From assembly GCA_964448605.1 (NCBI GenBank), contig CAYUZV010000001.1, positions 8,693 through 72,692 of the forward strand: DNA of 64,000 bases, read 5' to 3'. Every line of letters begins with the position of its first letter. Position 1 is the stretch's first letter. Shown here piece after piece: positions 44,210 to 52,395 of the stretch. Made by a program: the position numbers and the translations under genes. The DNA is from Candidatus Woesearchaeota archaeon (GTDB taxonomy: Archaea; Nanobdellota; Nanobdellia; Pacearchaeales; GW2011-AR1). The notes beneath the pieces are model-generated. The model did no database searches. It saw only the letters and a program-made list of their open reading frames with translations, and was not told the origin of the DNA.

Positions 44210-44327
44210 TTTAGAAGCGAAAGGATATATTTTTTGCATCTAAATTTTGAAAGTATTCTTTGATAAATATTTTTTAATAGCAAGGTTTATATGCTTTGAA
44301 TTTAGAATTATTTAGGGGGAAATTCAA

Positions 44328-44417
44328 ATGCCAAGAAATAGAGTTACAAGAAAGGTTAAGGCTCGGAGTAAGCAGGCTCAGAGACGGAAGTCTAAATTGA
44401 GAAAGTTAAAGAAGTGA
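44328..44417 (+). CDS. Very small basic protein of 29 aa (MPRNRVTRKVKARSKQAQRRKSKLRKLKK), possibly a small ribosomal-type protein.
   Basis: Preceded by a GGGGG Shine-Dalgarno-like run 8 nt upstream. Extremely K/R-rich. Not in the ORF track because it is under 60 aa. Confidence 0.25.
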   Translation: MPRNRVTRKVKARSKQAQRRKSKLRKLKK

Positions 44418-44493
44418 TTTATAAAGTTTTTAAAATGAGTAGTTTTTTTGATGGTAGAGTTGCAAAAATTTTGTAGTTAATAGAAAATAATAA

Positions 44494-44853
44494 TCAATAC
44501 AATGAGGCAAGATATTTTGGTAAATTTTCATTTTGAGCGAGTAATTTTTGTGTAATAGTTTCTTGCCGAGCAGGTCTAGTTCCAACTGCTGTTTTAACAT
44601 CGCCAGTGATAACTTTACCCTCAGCAACATAAGTAACTCTTTGATTGACTAATTCACTTCCAATATATGCACGAAAATCAATTGGAATTGTCTTACCCCT
44701 ATCAGTTAGTATTTCTAATTTAGTAGTAATTCTTGTATCTTTTAAAGAATGTCCAGAAGGACCTGTTGTAGAGTTATGATATGTTTCATAGGATATTATT
44801 CTTTTTAATAAACCTGTTACACTAAATTTCTCAGGTATTTCTTGTTCAGTCAT
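44494..44853 (-). CDS. Hypothetical protein.
   Basis: 119 aa with no motif. Confidence 0.3.
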   Translation of the reverse strand: MTEQEIPEKFSVTGLLKRIISYETYHNSTTGPSGHSLKDTRITTKLEILTDRGKTIPIDFRAYIGSELVNQRVTYVAEGKVITGDVKTAVGTRPARQETITQKLLAQNENLPKYLASLY

Positions 44854-44981
44854 CTCAATATAATTTAAACAGAATTTTTAAAGATTTATATACTTTGTAA
44901 TATTATTAAAATTCAGTAAGCTCTACAAAATATAGACCTTCTTGCTAAGATAGGTTACAGAAATGTAACACTTAGTAGATT

Positions 44982-45239
44982 TTATTTCAACATCTTCTTT
45001 AAATCAGGTAATTGTTCTTCAATAAATTCTATTATTTCTTTTTTGTATTTTGTATTCAAAGATATCCCAGTATAATTTGGTTTCTTTTTGATTAATAGCC
45101 AACCCATCTTATTTAACTCTTTTATTATTTTATCTAGATTTTGAAATCTTCTGAAATGTTCTAATCTATCATATTTTGCTCCCCAGTTCTTTTTTGAAAA
45201 TGCTAGTTTAAACATTAATTTCGCTTTCTCTTTTTCCAT
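44982..45239 (-). CDS. Hypothetical small protein.
   Basis: 85 aa, basic. Confidence 0.25.
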   Translation of the reverse strand: MEKEKAKLMFKLAFSKKNWGAKYDRLEHFRRFQNLDKIIKELNKMGWLLIKKKPNYTGISLNTKYKKEIIEFIEEQLPDLKKMLK

Positions 45240-45365
45240 TATTTTGGCAAGTTTTGATATTATTTAAATATTTCTCATCTTGATAGTTTAAATGTTTAAA
45301 AGAGAAATATTTAAATAGTTTAAATAATTTGAATATCCATAAAAGTTTGAATTGAGTGAAATAAG

Positions 45366-45716
45366 ATGGAAAAAAGCCAATCTGCATTTTTAGAATATTT
45401 TGGAGATACTCCTAAATTGAGATTTTTAGATTTCTTAATTGGAAATCATTTTTTTGATTTCAATATGACTGATATGGCTAGAGAGGCAAATATTAGTTAT
45501 AATTCTCTTATAAGTTTTTTTGATGAGTTTTTAGAAAAAGGAATAATTATTAAGACAAGAAGAGTTGGAAAGTCTGATATGTATAAATTGAATTTAGATA
45601 ATTCTATTTCAAAGAGATTTTTACAATTTGCTTGGTTTTTGACTAAGCAGGATTTGGATGTTGGGAGTGATGATGATTCTTCTTTAGTTGATAATAGAGA
45701 AGTTGTTAGAGTTTAA
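45366..45716 (+). CDS. Winged-helix DNA-binding transcriptional regulator.
   Basis: FNMTDMAREANISYNSLISFFDEFLEKGIIIKTRRVGKSDMYKL is an HTH plus wing pattern. Confidence 0.4.
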   Translation: MEKSQSAFLEYFGDTPKLRFLDFLIGNHFFDFNMTDMAREANISYNSLISFFDEFLEKGIIIKTRRVGKSDMYKLNLDNSISKRFLQFAWFLTKQDLDVGSDDDSSLVDNREVVRV

Positions 45717-45909
45717 TGATTTTAAAAATTAAAATACCCCTTCGGCAAGTCAAACCTGCCGATAAAGGATTTGAACCTTGGGGAACCAGCAACATGGCAT
45801 TGGTTTATTTTTACCAGTTTATACCCTTAGCACATGGCTATTTAATTTTTTTACAGGGTGATGAGATTAAAAATCTCGATTCATATTATGTTTAATATAT
45901 AAACTATGA

Positions 45910-46257
45910 TTAAGTCTGTATTGTTGGTGAGATTTTGCTAATTTCTTCTATTGATTTTAATGCTTCTTCTATTGCTTTAATCTGCTCGTTAAAAACAGCT
46001 TCTTTATCTTTTAATTGCTCCTGTGCATTTTCATATTCTTGAGAAGTTCTTTCTATTTCTATTTCTAATTTCCTTTGCTCTCTTTTAATATCTTCTTGAA
46101 TATCTTTTTTCCAGTTTTCTAAATCTTTTTTAAGTTTTTCAACATTCTGCTCTTTAGCAGTAACATTCTCCTTAAGTTTAGATTTACTACTCATTATTTC
46201 TAGTTTTCTGGTTGTTAATCTTTCAACTATACTATATCTTGATTGACTTTCTGCCAT
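45910..46257 (-). CDS. Coiled-coil protein.
   Basis: 115 aa of heptad-rich K/E sequence. Confidence 0.3.
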   Translation of the reverse strand: MAESQSRYSIVERLTTRKLEIMSSKSKLKENVTAKEQNVEKLKKDLENWKKDIQEDIKREQRKLEIEIERTSQEYENAQEQLKDKEAVFNEQIKAIEEALKSIEEISKISPTIQT

Positions 46258-46420
46258 CTTAGATTTAGAGAAAATACCTTTTTAAAATTTTATGTTTTTG
46301 GGTTAGAGGTATTTTAATGTCACAGGAATTTTAGAATAGTGATACTCTACAATTGGCAAAATAGAATTATTGAAAGTTGTTGAAATAGGTAACCTTATAA
46401 ATTATTAAATATCTTTATAT

Positions 46421-46455
46421 TTCGCTTCGCATACAGAGATTGAAAATCTCTGTCT
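46421..46455 (+). repeat. Hairpin-containing repeat unit, copy 1 (TTCGCTTCGCATACAGAGATTGAAAATCTCTG).
   Basis: Perfect 8-bp stem CAGAGATT/AATCTCTG with a GAAA loop. Related copy at 46873-46916. Confidence 0.4.
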
Positions 46456-46697
46456 TCTTGGTTCTTACGACCTTTGGATAAAGGTATTGCCGAGCAATTT
46501 GCAATTGACAATTTATGAGAATAACAATTGTAAATTGGGAGTAGAGCAAAAGCAATTTTACTAAAAACTCAATAATAAGAAATTGCTTTTGGGAGCAGGA
46601 TTGTTAAAATAGTAAGATAAAAATGGGCACTATGTTAAAAACAGATAATTATTTAAGGATTAGATTACTAATATTTTAGAAAATGGAAAAACAAATA

Positions 46698-46838
46698 ATG
46701 GATTTTAGTGTGTTTATAGAACAAGATGGAGATGGAATTTATGTAGCAAAGGTCCCTGAAATTGAAGGTTGTTATACTCAAGGTAAAACTTTAGAAGAAG
46801 TTATGGAGAGAATAGTAAAGAAGAGTACGAAGAATTGA
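46698..46838 (+). pseudogene. Truncated HicB-like (UPF0150) antitoxin fragment.
   Basis: 46-aa ORF MDFSVFIEQDGDGIYVAKVPEIEGCYTQGKTLEEVMERIVKKSTKN matches the N-terminal HicB/UPF0150 fold motif. No cognate HicA recognisable upstream. Confidence 0.45.
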
Positions 46839-46872
46839 GGGAAAGGTTTAAAACTACATTATTTTTATCATA

Positions 46873-46916
46873 TTCGTATGCCAACATCGCATCCAGAGAA
46901 TCTTTGATTCTCTGCC
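46873..46916 (+). repeat. Hairpin-containing repeat unit, copy 2 (TTCGTATGCCAACATCGCATCCAGAGAATCTTTGATTCTCTG).
   Basis: 9-bp stem CAGAGAATC/GATTCTCTG. Shares a CGCAT[A/C]CAGAGA(A)T core with copy 1. Confidence 0.4.
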
Positions 46917-46941
46917 TCATTCAAATTCATAGAATTTGAAT

Positions 46942-46968
46942 ATAATGGTATTGCACCAGATTGCTAAG
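46942..46968 (+). repeat. Partial copy of the tRNA-Ser 5' region (D-arm through anticodon loop).
   Basis: ATAATGGTATTGCACCAGATTGCTAA is identical to positions 47438-47463 of the intact tRNA, then diverges. Confidence 0.5.
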
Positions 46969-47233
46969 ATGGTTGAACAAAATAGGGCAATTAGTAAAAA
47001 TGAAAAAACAAAATAAAAAACTGACTCATATTAATTTTTTGCTTTATTTTGGAATCCCTCTACTTTTATTAGGAATATTACTTTCAATAACTCATTTTTA
47101 TCTGGGTAGTTGGATTAATCTAATACCTTCATCTTCTGCACCTATTATTGCTTCGTTAGTTATGATTATTGGTGGTTTAATTTTAGTTATTGGATGGTTA
47201 AAACACTTTTTAAAAGGAACAAAATATATTTAA
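46961..47233 (+). CDS. Small membrane protein lying between the two tRNA-fragment repeats.
   Basis: 90 aa with 2 TM helices. Likely ATG at 46969. Confidence 0.25.
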   Translation: MLRWLNKIGQLVKMKKQNKKLTHINFLLYFGIPLLLLGILLSITHFYLGSWINLIPSSSAPIIASLVMIIGGLILVIGWLKHFLKGTKYI

Positions 47234-47280
47234 GATAAGAATAGTAAGCTTTAAATCTCCTTAATTTCTTTTATTTTTAT

Positions 47281-47318
47281 GCCCACTTCGTATAATGGTA
47301 TTGCACTTGGTTGCTAAG
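47281..47318 (+). repeat. Second, more divergent partial tRNA 5' copy (GCCCACTTCGTATAATGGTATTGCACTTGGTTGCTAAG).
   Basis: Acceptor/D-arm-like 5' end similar to the tRNA-Ser (GCCGCAGTCGCATAATGGTATTGCA). The anticodon stem cannot pair. No 3' half found downstream. Confidence 0.45.
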
Positions 47319-47427
47319 AAGGACTACAAAGTGTTACACTGGTTAGAAATTAGTTATAAAATAATAACGAAAAAATCATAATCACTAACACAAAACTTTA
47401 AATCATCAAAAGGACACAGAAATATAT

Positions 47428-47508
47428 GCCGCAGTCGCATAATGGTATTGCACCAGATTGCTAATCTGGACCCTTCGGGGTGCGTAGGTTCGATTCCTGC
47501 CTGCGGCG
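47428..47508 (+). tRNA. tRNA-Ser (anticodon GCU), type II with long variable arm. No encoded CCA.
   Basis: Manually folded. Acceptor GCCGCAG/CTGCGGC. D-arm GCAT-AATGGTA-TTGC. Anticodon stem CCAGA/TCTGG with loop TTGCTAA. Variable arm ACCCTTCGGGGTG. T-arm GTAGG-TTCGATT-CCTGC. Discriminator G. Followed by a T-rich tract. Confidence 0.8.
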
Positions 47509-47567
47509 TTTTTATTTTAAATTCATTAACTTTAAATAATCTATATATTTTTGAATTTAATAAAAAG

Positions 47568-49088
47568 ATGAAACTTAATATTTTAATTGGTGGAAAAGCA
47601 GGACAAGGAATTAATAAGATATCAGAGATTATTTCAAATGTTTTTACTAAAAATGGATATTTTGTTTTTAATTATCGGGATTATCCTTCGTTGATTCGGG
47701 GAGGACATAATTTTAATGTTCTTACGATTTCTGATTCAGAGGTTTTTTCAAATGAGTCTAAATTTGATGCTGTGATTGCTATGGATGAGAATAGTGTTAA
47801 GGTTCACGAAGGTGAGTTGAAAAAGGAGGGTGTTGTTTTTAAGGGAGATGATTATAAGGATTTGGGAAGAGATTTGAATATTGCTCTTGCTTCTGCTTAT
47901 CTTAAGAGTATTGGTATTTCTAAGGAAGTTGTGGTTGAAGAAGTTAAATCTCATTTTGAACATGAGGGTGCTAGAAATGCTGTTGAGGAAGGTTATTCAT
48001 TTGAGGGAGATATTGATGATTGTGGTTTTTGTAAGAGGGATGGTGATATTGTGAAAATGACTGGAAGTGTGGGGATTTCTGAAGGTGCAATTAATTCAGG
48101 TATTGATGTTTATCTTGCTTATCCAATGACTCCTGCAACAGGAGTTTTGCATGATTTAGCGAGTAAGCAGGAGAAACATGGTTTTTTGGTTTTTCAACCT
48201 GAAAATGAGATTGCTGTTGCAAATGCTTCTTTGGGTTGCAGTTTTGCTGGTGCTAAAACAATGGTTGGGAGTTCAGGAGGAGGTTATGATTTGATGACAG
48301 AGGCATTGAGTATGCAGGGGATGGCTGAAATTCCTTTAGTTGTTTATCTTGCTTCAAGACCCGGACCTGGTACAGGTGTTCCAACTTATTCATTACAAGA
48401 TGATTTAGATGTTGCTTTAAGGGGAGGGCATGGAGAATTTCCAAGAGTAGTGATTGCTCCTGGAGACCCTGTTGAATGTATTGAAAATACTAATGAGGCA
48501 TTTTATTTATCTGAGAAATTTGGAGTTTTGAGTATTGTTTTAAGTGATAAACATCTGGCTGAAAGTGAATTTAGTTCTGATAGAGATTTAAAAAAATCTT
48601 TGAAGGTTGAGGTTAAAAGAAAAGTTCCAGGTGAGGGAATTGTTAAGTCAAGCAGTTATGAACACGATAAGAATTGGAACACTATTGAAGATGCTGAAAC
48701 TGCTAAGGAATTTGCTGATAAGAGGGTTGCTCGTTATGGTTTGATTAAGGATGAGTGTAAGAAGTTTGATATGATTAAAATTCATGGGAAAACGGATAGT
48801 AAGAATTTGGTGATTGGTTGGGGTTCTACTAAAGGAGCTATTTTAGATGCTATTCGGGGAGAGGATTTTAAATTTTTGCAGGTTTTATATTTGAAACCTT
48901 TGAGCGATGAGATAAGGAAAGAGATAGAGAGTGCTAATAAGATAATTTTGGTTGAACAAAATGTTACAGGGCAGTTGGGCAGGTTGATTAGAGAGAAAAC
49001 TGGAATTAAGATTGATAAAAGGATTTTGAGATATGATACTCGTCCTTTTAATAGTGATGAGTTAAAGGTGGAGTTATTGAAAATTTAA
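47568..49088 (+). CDS. 2-oxoacid:ferredoxin oxidoreductase, fused gamma-alpha subunit (PorG/PorA-like).
   Basis: N-terminus MKLNILIGGKAGQGINKISEII (gamma-subunit GGxGGQG motif). Alpha-domain motifs AYPMTPATG and GGGYDLM. The ORF-track start at 47442 lies inside the tRNA and is rejected. No beta subunit is adjacent. Confidence 0.7.
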   Translation: MKLNILIGGKAGQGINKISEIISNVFTKNGYFVFNYRDYPSLIRGGHNFNVLTISDSEVFSNESKFDAVIAMDENSVKVHEGELKKEGVVFKGDDYKDLGRDLNIALASAYLKSIGISKEVVVEEVKSHFEHEGARNAVEEGYSFEGDIDDCGFCKRDGDIVKMTGSVGISEGAINSGIDVYLAYPMTPATGVLHDLASKQEKHGFLVFQPENEIAVANASLGCSFAGAKTMVGSSGGGYDLMTEALSMQGMAEIPLVVYLASRPGPGTGVPTYSLQDDLDVALRGGHGEFPRVVIAPGDPVECIENTNEAFYLSEKFGVLSIVLSDKHLAESEFSSDRDLKKSLKVEVKRKVPGEGIVKSSSYEHDKNWNTIEDAETAKEFADKRVARYGLIKDECKKFDMIKIHGKTDSKNLVIGWGSTKGAILDAIRGEDFKFLQVLYLKPLSDEIRKEIESANKIILVEQNVTGQLGRLIREKTGIKIDKRILRYDTRPFNSDELKVELLKI

Positions 49089-49427
49089 CAGATGATTTTA
49101 AAAACCGAAGGTTTTGGAGTATTTTGGGAAGCTATACTATTCTGAAATTTTTATTTGATTGGTAACTTAAATCTATATTGTATTTAGCATTAGAGAATAC
49201 TTTTATTTCTAAAAATAAAAAATTTCATCGCTCATTTTATATCTATATAATTTGTAAAATACTTTTTTCATAAACTACAAGGGATTTTTAAAATTCCCAA
49301 TCTCATTTTGTTGTTTATGTTTATTAGTCAAATGTAATTGCTCACCCCTAACTGAATCGTCTCTTTTCTCAGAGCAAACTCCGGAGTATAAGATTCATTC
49401 GGAGCAATTAATAAAATAAAAATTTAA

Positions 49428-49631
49428 TTAGTTAAAACTATTTCTTTTCTTTTCAAAACATTCTTTACAATAAACTGGTCTGCCTTCTGTGGGTTTGAAT
49501 GGAACTTCGCATTCTTTTTTGCATTCATCACAAGTTGCTTTGTGCATTTCTCTTGGTCCAAAATTTCTATTAAAGCCACGATTGGAATTATCTCTTTGTC
49601 TATTGTTTCTTTGATTGTCAAAATTTTTCAT
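49428..49631 (-). CDS. Small zinc-ribbon protein with an R/N/G-rich N-terminal tail.
   Basis: CDECKKECEVPFKPTEGRPVYCKECF (CxxC...CxxC). N-terminus NQRNNRQRDNSNRGFNRNFGPR. Confidence 0.4.
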   Translation of the reverse strand: MKNFDNQRNNRQRDNSNRGFNRNFGPREMHKATCDECKKECEVPFKPTEGRPVYCKECFEKKRNSFN

Positions 49632-49792
49632 ATTTTTTCCTCCTGATTATTTATTTGAATTATCGTAGAATTATAAATTCTAAGATTATTAAACAAAATT
49701 AAAGGCATTTTTAAATGTTTGTGATAGGAAGATTTATCCAATCAGTGATTAACCCGAACCTTTTTAAACCCCTTTTTTTTAGATATTTTAGA

Positions 49793-51595
49793 ATGGTAGA
49801 TAAAGAAAATAAAGATTCTGAATCAACTCTTGATGCACGACAATATCAGAGTCCTGATTTGAAAAATGTTCCTCAAAATATTAAGGGTCCGACTCTTGAA
49901 GAGCAAAAGGAAATGGACAGGGTTAGGGCTAAGCTTGAGGTTTTGAAGAAGTGGATTTGTTCAAAAATTAAGGGTGTTAATGCAATTGGAATTATTCCTC
50001 CACAGGCTGCTGAAAAGTTTGACGAGGAAAATGAGTTGAATGAAGAGGAGAAATCTAAGAAACCGATGCATCTTGTTGTTGTTCTTGAAAATGAAAAGGA
50101 GAAAGAATTTAATCAGATTAGAGGAGAGATAATTAAGAAGATTGCAGAAGAGAAGCAGAACATTTGGTTGAATTTGTTTATTGAGAAAGATATTTGGGAG
50201 ATTTGTCTTGACAGCAAGTATGATATTTCAGAAGCAATTGGAATGTCTTATCCTTTGTTTGACAAGGGAATTTTAGGTGCTTTGAGAGTTGCACAGATTC
50301 ATAAGTCATTAGTTTTAAAGAAATTTGAGAAATATGTTTATAGTTATGTTATTGGGGGGAGTATTGTGAGAGGTGAGGCAATCAAAACAAGTGATGTTGA
50401 TGCTTATATTATAATTGATGATACTGATGTTAAAAGAATGCCTCGTCTTGAGTTAAAGGAGAAGTTAAGGAATATTATTTATTCTTATATTATGCAGGCA
50501 GGTGAGTTGGCTGGTGTTAAAAATAAGTTGAGTGTGCAGGTTTATTTGTTGACTGAATTTTGGGAAGGTGTAAAAGATACTAATCCTATTTTTTATACTT
50601 TTTTGAGAGATGGTATTCCTCTTTATGATAGGGGAGGATTTTTGCCATGGAAGTTGTTATTAAGAATGGGAAAGATTAAACCAAGTCCAGAGGCAATTGA
50701 TATGTTTATGAATTCAGGTGATAAAACAAGAGATATGGTTAAAAGAAGGTCTATTGATATTATGATTGATATTTTTTATGGTGTTTCAATGCCGAGTCAG
50801 GGGCTTTTGATGTTGTATGGTGTTCCACCTACAAATGTTAAAGAGACTGTTGCTGAAATGAAAAGGATTTTTGTTGATAAGGAAAAATTATTGGAGAAAA
50901 AGTATATTGATATTTTAGAAGAGATTATGATAAAGTATTACAAAGGTTATGAGCATGGGAAGGTTAAAGAGTTGAGTGGTGCTGAAATTGATAAACTTTT
51001 GAAAAATTTTGATGAGTATCAAAAAAGATTGAAGCAGTTGAAAGAACAGATTGAGAAGAGAATGATGGAAAAGAATTTTAAGAAGATTTACGAGGATATT
51101 TTTAAGATTTTGAAAAATATGTTTGGTTCTAAGAGCGATAGTGCTTTGATTAATGAGTATGAAAGTGAGATTGTGAATAAGGCAAAAGGAAATCCAAAGT
51201 ATTTGCATACTCTGAATCAGTTAGTTGATATGAAGAAGAAATACAAGGACAAGAAGATTCCGAGTCGTTATGATTTTGAGAGATTGAAAAGAGATGCTAT
51301 TTATATGACTCAGGAGTTGATAGAGTATGCTCAAAGAAAGGATATGGGGCTTTTGCAAAAGACAAAGGTTGTTGTGACATTTAAAGGCGGACATAAGGAA
51401 TTGTTTTTGACTAAACCTGCCTTTTTAGTTGATGATAAAGAAGTTAAAAAGATTGAAGGTGGGGAGATTATGAATAGTGATATGAATGAGATGAATGAAG
51501 TTTTAAGTAAGTATAAAGGTAGTCGTGTGGTTTTAGATGGTGAAATTATGAATGCTTTAAAAAAAGAGTTTGGAGAGTTTGGAGTTAGTTTGTAA
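49793..51595 (+). CDS. Pol-beta-superfamily nucleotidyltransferase-domain protein with N- and C-terminal coiled-coil extensions. Paralog of 61154-61990.
   Basis: NTase motif YVIGGSIVRGEAIKTSDVDAYIIIDD (GS...[DE]x[DE]). The shared downstream motif MGKIKPSPEAID aligns with DGKIKPTPESI in the paralog. The ORF track begins at 49715; the first ATG is at 49793. Confidence 0.5.
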   Translation: MVDKENKDSESTLDARQYQSPDLKNVPQNIKGPTLEEQKEMDRVRAKLEVLKKWICSKIKGVNAIGIIPPQAAEKFDEENELNEEEKSKKPMHLVVVLENEKEKEFNQIRGEIIKKIAEEKQNIWLNLFIEKDIWEICLDSKYDISEAIGMSYPLFDKGILGALRVAQIHKSLVLKKFEKYVYSYVIGGSIVRGEAIKTSDVDAYIIIDDTDVKRMPRLELKEKLRNIIYSYIMQAGELAGVKNKLSVQVYLLTEFWEGVKDTNPIFYTFLRDGIPLYDRGGFLPWKLLLRMGKIKPSPEAIDMFMNSGDKTRDMVKRRSIDIMIDIFYGVSMPSQGLLMLYGVPPTNVKETVAEMKRIFVDKEKLLEKKYIDILEEIMIKYYKGYEHGKVKELSGAEIDKLLKNFDEYQKRLKQLKEQIEKRMMEKNFKKIYEDIFKILKNMFGSKSDSALINEYESEIVNKAKGNPKYLHTLNQLVDMKKKYKDKKIPSRYDFERLKRDAIYMTQELIEYAQRKDMGLLQKTKVVVTFKGGHKELFLTKPAFLVDDKEVKKIEGGEIMNSDMNEMNEVLSKYKGSRVVLDGEIMNALKKEFGEFGVSL

Positions 51596-51626
51596 AACTT
51601 TATAATCTTGTTTAGATTGTTATTTT

Positions 51627-51893
51627 ATGCTGAAAAAATATATGAGTTTAGGTATTTTGGGGTTGAGTTTTTTTAGTGGTGATTGTCTTGATAAGGATTA
51701 TTCTCGGGTTGTTCCGAAGAGTAGGGGAGTTAGTGAGAATTATGTTATTTTGAGAGAGGGTTCTGTTTTGAGGGGTGTTGATGTTAGTGTTTCTCGTGGG
51801 GAGGGTATTTTTGAAATAGAAGGATGTTATATTAAAGGAGAGTATTCTTTTCTTTCTAATTCTGTTTATATTGAGGAGATTGAGAGAAGATGA
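51627..51893 (+). CDS. Small hypothetical protein, possibly secreted.
   Basis: 88 aa with an N-terminal hydrophobic segment. Confidence 0.2.
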   Translation: MLKKYMSLGILGLSFFSGDCLDKDYSRVVPKSRGVSENYVILREGSVLRGVDVSVSRGEGIFEIEGCYIKGEYSFLSNSVYIEEIERR

Positions 51894-51937
51894 TTTTCGC
51901 AAAGCTTTAAAAACCTAATTTTTCTTTAATTTTCAAG

Positions 51938-52192
51938 ATGAAAGGCAAGGTTGTTCAGTTTAGAAGAGGAAAGAAAAGAATACATGAAAGGCACTTTTTG
52001 TTAGATGTAGGTGCGAAGAGTCGGGAAGAGGCTTCTCAATTAGTTGGGAAAGAAGTTTCGTGGAAAAGTTCTGGTGATAAAGTGATTAATGGAAAAATAA
52101 GTTCTGCTCATGGGAATAAAGGGCTTGTTAGGGCGATTTTTGAAAAAGGTTTGCCTGGGCAGGCGAGAAATGAGGAGGTGGAAGTGAAATGA
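51938..52192 (+). CDS. rpl35ae: Ribosomal protein L35Ae.
   Basis: GKVVQFRRGKKRIHERHFLLDV...EEASQLVGKEVSW...GKISSAHGNKGLVRAIFEKGLP closely parallels L35Ae. Confidence 0.75.
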   Translation: MKGKVVQFRRGKKRIHERHFLLDVGAKSREEASQLVGKEVSWKSSGDKVINGKISSAHGNKGLVRAIFEKGLPGQARNEEVEVK

Positions 52193-52371
52193 GTGTTGAA
52201 TATCCAAGTCAAAATAAAACATTGAGAAATAATTTAGAAAGGTTTTATGTTATAGGTGAAATGAGAGATGATATATTTGGAAAAGAAGATTCAGAAGCTG
52301 TGAGTATTGTGTTTGAATCAATGAGGAAAGGAAGTTATTTTACTTATGAAGATTATGTAAATGTAAATTAA
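52189..52371 (+). CDS. Small hypothetical protein, start overlapping the L35Ae stop.
   Basis: 60 aa with ATGA coupling. Confidence 0.2.
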   Translation: MSVEYPSQNKTLRNNLERFYVIGEMRDDIFGKEDSEAVSIVFESMRKGSYFTYEDYVNVN

Positions 52372-52395
52372 TAATTAAATTTAGGAAAAGATAAA

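Noticed and set aside
45850-45910. Box C/D sRNA-like motif (GTGATGAG C-box-like at about 45858), and a similar CTGATGAG/CTGA pairing at 20453-20570.
   Set aside because: No properly spaced D/D' (CTGA) and C' boxes. No terminal stem within the 50-70 nt expected for archaeal C/D sRNAs.
47281-47427. Split or intron-containing tRNA (Nanoarchaeum-style 5' half) at the second tRNA fragment.
   Set aside because: No complementary anticodon-stem 3' strand, T-arm or acceptor 3' strand (AGTGGGC) is found downstream or elsewhere in the window. No BHB-like motif. It is more consistent with a decayed duplicate or att remnant.
47442-47567. The ORF-track start of the OFOR gene (MVLHQIANLDPSG...) begins inside the tRNA-Ser.
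   Set aside because: Translation through a tRNA gene and its T-rich terminator is implausible. The conserved PorG N-terminus begins at the ATG at 47568.
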